Position numbers and translations under genes: made by a program | From: Pseudobdellovibrionaceae bacterium | GTDB taxonomy: Bacteria; Bdellovibrionota; Bdellovibrionia; Bdellovibrionales; Bdellovibrionaceae | NCBI GenBank assembly: GCA_044359815.1 | Contig: JBIKLL010000004.1 | Coordinates: forward strand, 1-64,000 | DNA length: 64,000 nucleotides | Direction: 5' to 3' | In this document: in pieces, positions 1 through 9,921 of the stretch | How the letters are laid out: the number at the start of each line of letters is the position of its first letter | Numbering within the stretch: position 1 is the first letter of the stretch | Notes under the pieces: model-generated | The model's input: only the letters and a program-made list of their open reading frames with translations | What the model was told of the DNA's origin: nothing | The model's database searches: none

Positions 1-140
1 ATTCATTCCAGAAGAAAATTGATGCGAAAAGTCATTATACATTTTTTGCCTGTGATTTCATATAGTTGCATAAAAATCACAGTTGCTATTTTGACCTTAG
101 TCCAGTTACACTGACTTTACGGCGAAGAATAGGAGAATGT

Positions 141-398
141 ATGAAGTATACCCATATTCGACGCTGTCATGTCTGTGGGACAGTGAACGAAGCAGCTAAT
201 TCGGCGGTACATAAGTGCCACATATGTGGAAAGCACCTTGCCCCGTTTTATTATTTCGACGAAAGTAAATTAGATGGTCTTAAAGAAGGAGACGCTTACC
301 TAAGCACTTGGAAGCAATCACCTTCATTCAATCCCATCTATGGATTAAGCAGTTATTGGCAGGAGTCTAATGAAAGTCCAGTTGCAGGACATACTTAA
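141..398 (+). CDS. Small zinc-ribbon-like hypothetical protein
   Basis: AGGAG at 131-135 before ATG 141; two CxxC pairs (CHVC, CHIC); overlaps ilvA start. Confidence 0.7.
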   Translation: MKYTHIRRCHVCGTVNEAANSAVHKCHICGKHLAPFYYFDESKLDGLKEGDAYLSTWKQSPSFNPIYGLSSYWQESNESPVAGHT

Positions 399-1569
399 TG
401 CTCAGCAAGTTTTAAAAAATGTCGCTAGGCTAACTCCTTTGGAAAAAAGCATAGCGGCTTCCCATGTTTGTGGCAGCGAAGTCTTTTTTAAACTGGAAAA
501 TCAACAGTACACCGGCAGTTTCAAACTGCGTGGTGCCTACAATAAAATCTCAAAACTCAGTGCAGAAGACAGAAAACGCGGAGTCGTTGCCAGTTCGGCA
601 GGGAATCACGCTCAGGGCGTGGCTTTCAGTGCTCGCGAAATGCAGGTTTCTGCGACCGTTGTGATGCCTCACCGGGCACCTATGGTTAAAGTTGAAGCCA
701 CAAAAAACTATGGTGCTCAGGTGATCTTGCACGGAGATCATTATGATGAATCCTATGATCATGCCCGCTCATTAGAAAAAGACAAAGGAATGGTTTTTGT
801 CCACCCCTTTGAAGATCCCGATGTGATAGCAGGGCAGGGAACCATTGGCCTGGAAATTTATGATCAAATGCCAGACTTGGATTCAGTGATCGTATCAATC
901 GGTGGTGGTGGGATGATTTCAGGAATCGCCACTGCTTTAAAAAGCAAAAATCCAAAAATCAAAATTTATGGCGTGCAGGCGGAAGTTTCCCCCAGCATGG
1001 AAAATTTATTTCATAATAAAAAAGCCGTAGTCAGTTCGCTATCGACCATTGCAGATGGAATTTCGGTCAAGAGGCCTTCGCAGATAATGTACGATAGCTT
1101 TATCAAAAACTTAGTCGACGACGTGGTATTGGTTTCTGAAGACGAAATTGCTGAAAGCATCGTTTTTTTATTAGAAAGATCCAAAACAGTTGCCGAGGGC
1201 GCAGCGGCTGCCGTTGTTGCCGCAGCGTTTGGCAATCAACTTAAATTGGGTGAAAAAACTTGTTTGGTTTTAGGCGGCGGTAATATTGATTTAAATATTA
1301 TTTCAAAAGTGATTGAAAAGGGCCTGATCCGCAAAGGCCGATTGATCGAACTGTCGGTTTTGGTGGATGACGTTCCTGGTATGCTTAATCGATTAACAAA
1401 AGCCATTGCTGATTTAGGTGCCAATATCTTGGAAGTCCAGCACGACAGACTGTCTGAGGGATTATACCTGCGGGAAACAAAAATCAAATTTGTGCTGGAA
1501 ACCAAAAGCAATGAACACATCAACGAGATCCGAAAATCTTTGTCCAAAACCGGCGCCCGCCTGGTCTGA
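370..1569 (+). CDS. ilvA: Threonine ammonia-lyase with C-terminal ACT domain
   Basis: GSFKLRGA PLP lysine motif, SAGNHAQG, GGGGMISG, ACT-like DVPGML...GANILEV. Confidence 0.93.
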   Translation: MKVQLQDILNAQQVLKNVARLTPLEKSIAASHVCGSEVFFKLENQQYTGSFKLRGAYNKISKLSAEDRKRGVVASSAGNHAQGVAFSAREMQVSATVVMPHRAPMVKVEATKNYGAQVILHGDHYDESYDHARSLEKDKGMVFVHPFEDPDVIAGQGTIGLEIYDQMPDLDSVIVSIGGGGMISGIATALKSKNPKIKIYGVQAEVSPSMENLFHNKKAVVSSLSTIADGISVKRPSQIMYDSFIKNLVDDVVLVSEDEIAESIVFLLERSKTVAEGAAAAVVAAAFGNQLKLGEKTCLVLGGGNIDLNIISKVIEKGLIRKGRLIELSVLVDDVPGMLNRLTKAIADLGANILEVQHDRLSEGLYLRETKIKFVLETKSNEHINEIRKSLSKTGARLV

Positions 1570-1574
1570 GCAGA

Positions 1575-1785
1575 GGCTTTTAGTTTTCAGTTTTAAACAA
1601 TTGCCAGCTGTTAAGATTAAAAATGTAAGTAAATAATTTTATTAAATTAGGTCACAGCTCCTGCTTCTCTGCTCGGGCCAAGCCCCCGCCTCCGCAGAGG
1701 ACCCAATTTAATAAAATTATTTACTTACATTTTTAATCTTGAATTTTATTAACTGGCAAATGTTTCAAACTGAAAACTAAAAGCC
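1575..1785. repeat. Long inverted-repeat element, family I, copy 1
   Basis: Arms ~1575-1652 and ~1700-1785 are near reverse complements around core CACAGCTCCTGCTTCTCTGCTCGGGCCAAGCCCCCGCCTCCGCAGAGG; core recurs at 29853. Confidence 0.92.
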
Positions 1786-3171
1786 GCCGCTCAGGCAGGT
1801 GATGGTGTCGCCGGATTTTAATTTAAGCTCGCCGACTTCATCTGACAATTCGGTGGTTTGATCTTTTGATTTTATAAAGATTTTGGATTTTTCTTGGTTT
1901 TCAGATTTAAAATCCACTCCCACAAATTTGGGGTGTGGCAGAATCCAGCTTAGGGTTGCGTCCTGGGTCAGTATGTATTCTTTAACCAAGCCTTTGCCGC
2001 CTTTGAAGCCAGTCTTACTGCTTTCGCGAGTTTTTTCTTTCACAATTTTTAATGGATATAGTTGTTCGTTTAATTGGACTGAATTTGCCAGCGTGCTTTT
2101 GATCCAAAATGGATGAGCCGAAACTCCCGGGCTATCAGCAGTGGCACAGACGCCACCAGGGATTTGCTCAAAGTATTCTTTATCGCCAAAATTTAAATTA
2201 ATCATTATGGGCTGATGAGTGTTGGGAACCCAGTTTTTTCTGTGAGCCAGTTTGGTTAAACAGTATAAAACACCGTCAGCAATAATCTGAGTTCCCAACA
2301 GCATACCTGTGGCTGTGGGTGAATTGGCCTTGGCGTGCAAAAAACTGCCAGTCGGCGACGAGATCTGTACCGATTTTATCAATGAATCAATCATCCAGGG
2401 TCTGGAGTTTGTAAACGCAGACAGGGCAGCGTAACAACAGCCTTCAACTGCAGCAGTAGTTAAGTTCATTCCTCGGGATTCAGATGTGCCCGAAAAATCC
2501 ACATGGCACATTTTTGAAGGAGTGATTTCAACACGTACTCTTAATTTTTCGCCAGAAGCCATATTGATTTCTAGTTTTTGATCTGCGGGCTCCAGTTTAT
2601 CAATCCATTTGTTCCTGTAGGTGGCTGAACTTTGTTTTAAGAAAGCTTCAATCTGTTTTTTTGAAAACAGATCAGGGGCTTGTTTGATAAGGTTTTTGAG
2701 CTTTTTTTCTTTGTCCCAAACTTGATGAATGATGCTCACCAGTTTTTCGGTCATGCCCTTTGGCGCCAATTCATGAGACGTGATGGCCTCAATGATTTGC
2801 ATATTTATTTGATAGTCCTGAGATACTGGAGTGGGCGGAACGCGAATGCCCTCATTGCCTTTTGTAAAAGTGATTCCCCATCTGGGTTTGAATCCTAATT
2901 TACTGACCAAAAAAATTTGGTCAGTCAGACAAGTGAACAAATAAAAAAAGCTAAATATATGACCGCCACTAAAGGGATCATTGGTCAGAATGACTTCGCC
3001 GGGTCTGGGCGAAAAGTATTTGGACACAACCTTGGTTACAGTGGGCAAACATCCAAAATCAGCAATCGTTTCGTGTTTCAGTGACAAAACTTCGCCAGTG
3101 TCTGTAAATACAGCTCCTGCGACTGAGTCTTCCAGTAGCAAATCCAGGGCTAAATTGATGTTTGATTCCAT
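1777..3171 (-). CDS. Hydantoinase B/oxoprolinase-like protein (divergent)
   Basis: PGEVILTNDPFSGG, EGIRVPP, VDFSGTS, E-LYPL..GGKGLVKEY blocks. Confidence 0.75.
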   Translation of the reverse strand: MESNINLALDLLLEDSVAGAVFTDTGEVLSLKHETIADFGCLPTVTKVVSKYFSPRPGEVILTNDPFSGGHIFSFFYLFTCLTDQIFLVSKLGFKPRWGITFTKGNEGIRVPPTPVSQDYQINMQIIEAITSHELAPKGMTEKLVSIIHQVWDKEKKLKNLIKQAPDLFSKKQIEAFLKQSSATYRNKWIDKLEPADQKLEINMASGEKLRVRVEITPSKMCHVDFSGTSESRGMNLTTAAVEGCCYAALSAFTNSRPWMIDSLIKSVQISSPTGSFLHAKANSPTATGMLLGTQIIADGVLYCLTKLAHRKNWVPNTHQPIMINLNFGDKEYFEQIPGGVCATADSPGVSAHPFWIKSTLANSVQLNEQLYPLKIVKEKTRESSKTGFKGGKGLVKEYILTQDATLSWILPHPKFVGVDFKSENQEKSKIFIKSKDQTTELSDEVGELKLKSGDTITCLSGGF

Positions 3172-4511
3172 AGACTCCAGCTTTCAGCAAAATCAGTCTC
3201 TGTCACCTTGTGAAATTTCAAAGACGGAAGTTTTTGTTTTAAGTACGGTTCCAGGATCGGAGCCAGTGTCCCGCATAATGCGACTTCACCCGTGTTTAGG
3301 GTCAGGCTAAGCTCAATGCAGATTCGTTCAATCAGGCTGCTAAAAATATCTTTCAAAAATTCTTTGCGGGTCATCTGCAGATTCTTACAGTAATTAGTCA
3401 AAGCAGTTTCTACTTTTGATTTTCCTGAATTATTGATCCACAGGCAGTCCCAATAAGCTGCGCTATAAATAGCGTCCAATAATAAAAACCTTAAGCTTCT
3501 GCCAAAGCACATAGGTCCCGGGTCGAAAGACTTTTCTTCCCCCCAGTAGGTTTGATTGTGCCTATCCACTAATAATTCAGAAGTGGGTTGAGTTTTTAAT
3601 TTTTTATAAAATGGCGTGCAGATCGCTAAATTGCCCCAGGTTGTGGGTTGTTCATTTAACAAGCTATTTGAATTAATTAAATACCAATTTTCCAAACCTA
3701 AATACAAAACGAAACTGGTTTTGTCAGAGGCTTTCTGCATTGAATACAGCCATCCATAATTTAAAGAGCTTGCGCCTTCATCTGCAGAATCCAATCGGCT
3801 GTATCTGATGATTTCAGGTGGCAGTCCTAATTCTGTAACGGCTGTAAGAATATCTTGATCGATTTCCTTTTGCACACCGTAAAGACAAGCATCCAACAGG
3901 TTTTTCCTCCACATCGAGAGCTCATTTTCCTCGGCGGAATACATTTGATTAAAAACAGTGAATCCATTTTCTTTTAAATGTTGAGTGGCCTGTTCAATAT
4001 GGATGGGGTTTTTCACAGAATTTAAAAAATTCAAAACAACTTTTTCAACCTTCTTAGTTTTCAAGGTTTCCGTTAGGGACTTTAGTTCTTCGATGTCCAA
4101 GGCCTTTTCAACATTGCCATCAGTACCGATCCGTTCATTCACTGTGAAAACTAATTCTGAACTGCCCAGGCTGTCGGGCTTAGTAGGCGACAGAGTTAAG
4201 AATTTTTCCAGAACGGGTTGTCTGATTGAAATCAAATCTTCAAAACCCTGTGTCAGTATCTGCGCCACGCTTCCGCCCAGTTTGGTTTGCAAGATTTTTT
4301 CTGACAAACGACAAGAAATCAAAATTTCTGAAATATTTTTTGATTGAAAATCTTGAAAGTAATCTTTGAAGGAGTCCTTCAGGTTTTTAAGAGGCAGGTA
4401 GTATCTCTGTTTTTTATTGGGGTGGAAGAATTCGATAAAATTTGGACTTATTGCGACACTCACTCTTTCGGCGTGGGCTTTTGTGCTGGTCTGTCCAATC
4501 GCTGTCGACAT
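3150..4511 (-). CDS. Hydantoinase A/oxoprolinase N-terminal-like protein (divergent)
   Basis: TQGFEDLISIRQ, VNERIGTDGNVEKALD, FLNSVKNPIH, DPGPMCFGR; coupled to the B-like gene. Confidence 0.7.
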   Translation of the reverse strand: MSTAIGQTSTKAHAERVSVAISPNFIEFFHPNKKQRYYLPLKNLKDSFKDYFQDFQSKNISEILISCRLSEKILQTKLGGSVAQILTQGFEDLISIRQPVLEKFLTLSPTKPDSLGSSELVFTVNERIGTDGNVEKALDIEELKSLTETLKTKKVEKVVLNFLNSVKNPIHIEQATQHLKENGFTVFNQMYSAEENELSMWRKNLLDACLYGVQKEIDQDILTAVTELGLPPEIIRYSRLDSADEGASSLNYGWLYSMQKASDKTSFVLYLGLENWYLINSNSLLNEQPTTWGNLAICTPFYKKLKTQPTSELLVDRHNQTYWGEEKSFDPGPMCFGRSLRFLLLDAIYSAAYWDCLWINNSGKSKVETALTNYCKNLQMTRKEFLKDIFSSLIERICIELSLTLNTGEVALCGTLAPILEPYLKQKLPSLKFHKVTETDFAESWSLWNQTSI

Positions 4512-4571
4512 TGTGTCCTCTTCCTGCTAAACACATTGAATAACTTTAGTCATTGGATCAAGGATTTTTTA

Positions 4572-5699
4572 ATGAATTTTGATTTTACAGTTTCAAAAAG
4601 CATTTCCAGTCTTAAGCCTTATAAAACCGGAAAACCAATATCAGAGGTGCAGAGAGAGTACGGCATCACTGAGGTCGTAAAGCTTGCAAGTAACGAAAAT
4701 CCTTTGGGTCCAAGCCCGATGGCCATAGAAAAAATTAAAGAACATTTATCGAATGTAAATCGATACCCTGATCCTTCATGTTTTGAATTGATAGCCGCTG
4801 TAGAAAAAAAGTGGAAGGTGAAAAAAGAACAAATTGCCATTGGCAATGGATCCAATGAAGTCATTGATTTGTTAATCCGAATTTTATGTGAGCCTGGTGA
4901 TAAGATTTTAACTTGTGAATCTGCCTTTATCGCCTACCAAATTTGTGCACAGGCGGCTCGCGTGCAAACTCAGTTTGTACCCCTGCTGCCGGGCTTTAAG
5001 GTTGATCTTGAACAAACGGCGCGCATTCTTGAGTTGGATCCAAATATAAAGATTGTTTTTTTACCCAATCCTAATAACCCAACTGGGACCTACATTAATG
5101 ATGAAAGTGTTCGAAAGTTTCTGAACACAGTTTCAAAGCGCAAGAACTTGGTGGTTGTCTTTGATGAGGCCTATACAGAATTTGTACGGGCAAAGGATTA
5201 CAGACCTGCGATCGACTATCTGTCCCAATATCCACAGGTAGCCAGTATCAGAACTTTGTCCAAGGCTTACGGGCTAGCGGGATTGCGGATTGGAATTTTG
5301 CTGGCAAATTCAACAATCATTGATTGGTTCAACCGAGTCAGAAATCCTTTTAATGTTAACGATTTAGCCCAAGCAGCCGCTATAGGTGGATTGCAAGATG
5401 AGGAATTTGTAAGCAAATCTAAAACATTAAATTGGCAGGGGTTGGATTACTTTTACTCGGAGTTTAAAAAAATGGGGCTTTCTTATGTGGAGTCCCAAGC
5501 CAACTTTGTGATGTTTGACACAAAAAGGGATGTCGTTAAAGTAAATGAGGAACTTCTTAAAAAAGGGATCATTTTAAGGCCAATATTAAACTATGGTTTC
5601 AAAAGCCACTTGCGAATCAGTGTGGGATTGCCCGCAGAAAACGAAAGGGCAATGCAGGCATTGAAGCAAATATTGCCAGAAATTGATGAGATGAAATGA
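4572..5699 (+). CDS. hisC: Histidinol-phosphate aminotransferase
   Basis: KLASNENPLG, GNGSNE, NPNNPTG, DEAY, RTLSKAYGLAGLRIG; start moved to ATG 4572. Confidence 0.93.
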   Translation: MNFDFTVSKSISSLKPYKTGKPISEVQREYGITEVVKLASNENPLGPSPMAIEKIKEHLSNVNRYPDPSCFELIAAVEKKWKVKKEQIAIGNGSNEVIDLLIRILCEPGDKILTCESAFIAYQICAQAARVQTQFVPLLPGFKVDLEQTARILELDPNIKIVFLPNPNNPTGTYINDESVRKFLNTVSKRKNLVVVFDEAYTEFVRAKDYRPAIDYLSQYPQVASIRTLSKAYGLAGLRIGILLANSTIIDWFNRVRNPFNVNDLAQAAAIGGLQDEEFVSKSKTLNWQGLDYFYSEFKKMGLSYVESQANFVMFDTKRDVVKVNEELLKKGIILRPILNYGFKSHLRISVGLPAENERAMQALKQILPEIDEMK

Positions 5700-6391
5700 T
5701 GGGATTTGTTATTACAATAGATGGACCTGCAGCCAGTGGCAAAACCAGTGTCAGTCGCATGTTGGCGCAAAAACTGGGATGGAGCTGGGTCTCTACAGGT
5801 GCGTTTTATAGGGGATTGGCTTTTGTCGCTCGTGAAACGGGCTGTGATTTGCAAAGCGAAGATCAGCTGAGCCAGCTATCAAAATCTGATCGATGGAATG
5901 TTTCTATGGGAGAACTTAAAACCCATGTGTTTTTTGATGGTCAGGACGTCACTGATTCTATTTCTGAAGAGTCTGTGGGGTCCATTGCCAGTTTGATTTC
6001 ACATTTTCCTAGGGTTAGGGCCAGCCTGCTGGCTGGGCAGAGGAAGTTTCAAGAATCCACAGAGGGACTGGTGGCCGAGGGCCGGGATTGCGGTACAGTT
6101 GTGTTTCCGACGGCAGAAGTTAAAATATTTTTGACGGCAAATTCTGAAAACAGGGCTCAGCGCAGAGCCAAAGAACTGGGTTTGAATGTCCAAGAAACTA
6201 TTTTGGCTCAAAAGCAAAGGGACTCTCAGGATTCCAACAGAAAAGCGGCACCCATGCAGATTCCCCAGAACGCCTTAGTTGTTGATACTAGTTCGAAAAA
6301 TCTGAACCAAGTGGTTGAAGAAATTGAGCAATACGTGACGGCTAAATTTAAAAATTTAAAGCTAACACACTCAACCACTGACAAAAAATAA
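5696..6391 (+). CDS. cmk: Cytidylate kinase
   Basis: ITIDGPAASGKTS P-loop, EGRDCGTVVFP; upstream of rpsA. Confidence 0.95.
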   Translation: MMGFVITIDGPAASGKTSVSRMLAQKLGWSWVSTGAFYRGLAFVARETGCDLQSEDQLSQLSKSDRWNVSMGELKTHVFFDGQDVTDSISEESVGSIASLISHFPRVRASLLAGQRKFQESTEGLVAEGRDCGTVVFPTAEVKIFLTANSENRAQRRAKELGLNVQETILAQKQRDSQDSNRKAAPMQIPQNALVVDTSSKNLNQVVEEIEQYVTAKFKNLKLTHSTTDKK

Positions 6392-6537
6392 GTCTTTGAC
6401 ATCCTGCGGGCCTCTCAATTATGACAATCAAACTCGCCAATTAAATCTTTAATTTTACTCAGGGTTTTAATGACGAGAAATTTATGAATTCCCATTCAAT
6501 CGAATGGCCGAATTCGGTAGGAGGTATCAAATTGTAT

Positions 6538-8328
6538 ATGAGTAGACAACTAAACAAAAGCCAACAGGAAAAACTAAAGGTGTTAGCATTCTTAGACAGT
6601 GCTGACAAAGAGGTTCCCGCAAATCCGGGAAACCAGCTTGATCGCAGCAACGGTGAATTTGCCCAGCTGTTTGAGCAATCTGTAAAGGAACAAGATTTCA
6701 AAGTTGGTGATGTTGTCACCGGCACAGTGGTTGAAGTTCAAACTGACTATGTGCTTGTTGATATCAATTATAAATCTGAGGGATTAATTCCTATTGATGA
6801 ATTCAGAATGGTTGACGGAGTTCGCTCGGTTAAAGCTGGCGACACAGTTGAAGTTTTGATTGATCGTATTGAAAACGAAAACGGCATGATTGGCCTATCT
6901 AAAAATAAAGCCGATATGATGAGAGCATGGACTGATATTTCTAAAGCTGCCGAAAACGAAGAAGTGATTGAAGGCACAGTGATCGCCAAAGTTAAAGGTG
7001 GTCTGAGTGTTGATATCGGTGTCACAGCATTTTTGCCCGGTTCACAGATTGATCTGCGACCCGTTCGAAACATGGACATCTACATCGGCAAAAAATATAA
7101 ATTCAAAGTTATTAAATTTAACAAAAAAAGAGGAAACATTGTTCTTTCCAGACGTGCATTGCTGGAAGAAGAGCGTGAATCTTTAAGAACTCAAACACTA
7201 GATGCCATCAAAGAAGGTTCAGTGGTCACAGGTGTTGTTAAAAACATCACTGATTACGGAGCATTTATTGATTTGGGTGGTATGGATGGATTGTTACACA
7301 TTACTGACATGAGCTGGGGACGCATTAAGCACCCATCTGAAGTCCTTAACGTGGGCGATGAAATTCAAGTAAAAGTATTGAAATACGATAACGAAAAAGA
7401 ACGTGTTTCATTGGGCATGAAGCAATTGCAAACAGACCCATGGGAAAGCGTTCAAGAACAATACAAAGTCGGAACTAAATTTAAAGGTAAAGTGGTTTCA
7501 TTAGTAGACTACGGAGCTTTTGTTGAAATTGCTGACGGTGTTGAAGGCTTGATCCACGTTTCAGAAATGAGCTGGACTAAACGAGTGAAGCATCCATCAC
7601 AACACGTTAACGTGGGTGATGAAGTTGAAGTCGTTGTCTTAGAAGTTGATAAAGAAACTCGCAGAATCAGCTTAGGTATGAAACAGCTGCAAACTAATCC
7701 TTGGGTTGAAATGAAAAACACTTACCCACCAGGAACAATCATTGAAGGTGAAGTTAAATCTGTAACTGAATTTGGTATCTTTGTTGGTATCGAAGACGGT
7801 ATCGACGGATTGGTTCACGTTTCAGATTTTTCATGGACTAAGCGTGTGAACCAACCTTCTGAAATGTACGCAAAAGGACAAAAAGTTCGAGCCGTTGTTT
7901 TAGGTGTTGATATTGAAAACGAAAGATTTTCTTTAGGTATCAAACAACTTGAAGGTGATCCTTGGTCAAATATTGAATCTAAATACGCAGTGGGAACTCA
8001 GCATGACGTTAAGGTCACTAAAGCAACAGACTTTGGTGTTTTTGTTGAGCTTGAAAGCGATATTGAAGGATTGATTCACGTATCTGAACTGAGCACTGAA
8101 AGAGTGAGCAAGCCAGAAGACTTTATTAAAGCCGGTGAAACTATTAAAGCAGAAGTTATCTCTATTGATAAAGATGCTCGCAAAATCGGATTGTCTTCTA
8201 AGCTCGTCAAGCTCAGAGAAGCTAAAGCTGATGTCGAGGATTATGCTAAAAAAGCAACTGCGACTTCAAAAACCAGCTTAGGTGATTTGTTTGGTGATCA
8301 GCTTAAAGGTGCCGGAAAACGCGACTAA
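6538..8328 (+). CDS. rpsA: 30S ribosomal protein S1
   Basis: Six S1 repeats (AFLPGSQID, DYGAFIDLGGMDGLLHITDMSW, GLIHVSEMSW); AGGAGGT upstream. Confidence 0.97.
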   Translation: MSRQLNKSQQEKLKVLAFLDSADKEVPANPGNQLDRSNGEFAQLFEQSVKEQDFKVGDVVTGTVVEVQTDYVLVDINYKSEGLIPIDEFRMVDGVRSVKAGDTVEVLIDRIENENGMIGLSKNKADMMRAWTDISKAAENEEVIEGTVIAKVKGGLSVDIGVTAFLPGSQIDLRPVRNMDIYIGKKYKFKVIKFNKKRGNIVLSRRALLEEERESLRTQTLDAIKEGSVVTGVVKNITDYGAFIDLGGMDGLLHITDMSWGRIKHPSEVLNVGDEIQVKVLKYDNEKERVSLGMKQLQTDPWESVQEQYKVGTKFKGKVVSLVDYGAFVEIADGVEGLIHVSEMSWTKRVKHPSQHVNVGDEVEVVVLEVDKETRRISLGMKQLQTNPWVEMKNTYPPGTIIEGEVKSVTEFGIFVGIEDGIDGLVHVSDFSWTKRVNQPSEMYAKGQKVRAVVLGVDIENERFSLGIKQLEGDPWSNIESKYAVGTQHDVKVTKATDFGVFVELESDIEGLIHVSELSTERVSKPEDFIKAGETIKAEVISIDKDARKIGLSSKLVKLREAKADVEDYAKKATATSKTSLGDLFGDQLKGAGKRD

Positions 8329-8350
8329 AAAATAAAGGTGTGATTCAACT

Positions 8351-9286
8351 ATGAAACGCAACCCGTGGTTTATGCTTCTTGTTCTTATTTTGATCTTTGG
8401 ATCTCTATTTGCATTTATGGTTGGATCAGCTGTGACATCAATGTTTGGAGCTACCCAAGTAAAGGTAGCTTCAAAAAACTCTGTCCTGTTTATGAAATTG
8501 GATGGGGTTATCATCGATGGCAAAAAATTTTTAAAACCCCTTATTAAATACAGAAACCACGATCACATTAAAGCTGTGGTTGTGGAAATCAATTCTCCGG
8601 GAGGCGTCGTTGGACCTTCTCAGCAGATATATTCTGAACTCAGAAAAGTTCGTGAAGTTTATAAAAAGCCTCTGATCATCGTTTCTAATTCATTGGTTGC
8701 CAGTGGTGGATATTATTCGGCGTTGGCCGGTGATAAAATCTTGGTAGCACCTGGAACTCTGATTGGTTCCATCGGTGTGATTATGGAATTTATTAATTTA
8801 GAAGGTGTGTACAATTGGGCCAAAGTTCAAAGGTATTCAATCACTACTGGAAAATATAAAGATTCAGGTGCTGAGTACCGATCCATGCGTGAAGATGAAA
8901 AAGCTTTGTTTCAAGAATTGGCTAACAATGTTTTGTCACAATTTAAAAAAGCAGTTGTTGAATCCAGAAACCTGAAACCTGAAAGCGTGGATCAGATTGC
9001 TGATGGTAGAGTTTTTACTGGTGAGCAAGCTGTGAAACTGGGCTTAGCTGATGGCTTTGCCACTGTGGATGAGGCCATCACCATGGCAGCAGTTCAAGCT
9101 GGATTGACTGAGGGAAAATATGAAATTTTTGAACCACCCAAAGAACACCAGGGTCTAATTGACAGATTAGTTGGCTCAGAGGATGACGACGGTTATTCAT
9201 CAAAATTAGACAAAGTTCTGGAAGCCTTAGCGCCGTCAAAGCTTAATAATCAATTGCTGTATTTGATGCCCGGCACGCGGTTATGA
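8351..9286 (+). CDS. sppA: Signal peptide peptidase SppA (S49)
   Basis: INSPGG, ASGGYY, GSIGV, ADGRVFTGEQA; N-terminal TM segment. Confidence 0.92.
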   Translation: MKRNPWFMLLVLILIFGSLFAFMVGSAVTSMFGATQVKVASKNSVLFMKLDGVIIDGKKFLKPLIKYRNHDHIKAVVVEINSPGGVVGPSQQIYSELRKVREVYKKPLIIVSNSLVASGGYYSALAGDKILVAPGTLIGSIGVIMEFINLEGVYNWAKVQRYSITTGKYKDSGAEYRSMREDEKALFQELANNVLSQFKKAVVESRNLKPESVDQIADGRVFTGEQAVKLGLADGFATVDEAITMAAVQAGLTEGKYEIFEPPKEHQGLIDRLVGSEDDDGYSSKLDKVLEALAPSKLNNQLLYLMPGTRL

Positions 9287-9921
9287 AATCTTCTAAAAAA
9301 AAGTCCGGTAAATCCAGTTCGCTTAAAACAATAAGTAAGAAAACTAGTAAAAAAATAAGCCCAAAAACCAAACAAAAAAACAAATCTGCTGGGGATCAGA
9401 TTTTACTGAATCAACAGGTTTGGCCTATGGAACGGGATCTGTTGTTTAGGCCAGACAGGCTAAAGTATGTTAGAAAACTGATCAAAACTGAGGGTTGCGT
9501 ATTTTGCCATGCAGCTAAAAATGAAATGTCCCTGGAATCCTTGTGTGTTTATAAATCTGATTATTCGATGATTGTGCTTAACAAGTTTCCCTACAATCCA
9601 GGACATCTGTTGGTATTGCCTTTGGACCACTGCGCTGATTTGTTAAAGCTTTCAGATAAACAGTACGAAGATCTGCACAATACACTGCGATTGGCGTTTA
9701 AAGCGCTCACAGAATTGTTTAAGCCTGAAGGAATTAACATGGGCTTGAATCACGGTAAAGTTTCTGGGGCTGGGATTCCTGATCATATCCATTACCATTT
9801 GGTACCCAGATGGTTTGGTGATCTTAATTTTTTTCCTTTGATTGCAGACACAAAGCTAGTTGTCATGACCCTAGAAGACTCTTATGATCAAATCAGGAGT
9901 TATTTTAAAAAATTTGAATGA
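9283..9921 (+). CDS. HIT family hydrolase
   Basis: CVFC, LNKFPYNPGHLLV, HIHYHLVPR histidine triad. Confidence 0.9.
   Translation: MKSSKKKSGKSSSLKTISKKTSKKISPKTKQKNKSAGDQILLNQQVWPMERDLLFRPDRLKYVRKLIKTEGCVFCHAAKNEMSLESLCVYKSDYSMIVLNKFPYNPGHLLVLPLDHCADLLKLSDKQYEDLHNTLRLAFKALTELFKPEGINMGLNHGKVSGAGIPDHIHYHLVPRWFGDLNFFPLIADTKLVVMTLEDSYDQIRSYFKKFE

Noticed and set aside
4344..4571. N-terminal extension of hisC in the ORF track (similarly the ADH extension from 60494)
   Set aside because: Overlaps another gene and precedes the homologous start; downstream starts with RBS-like sequences fit better
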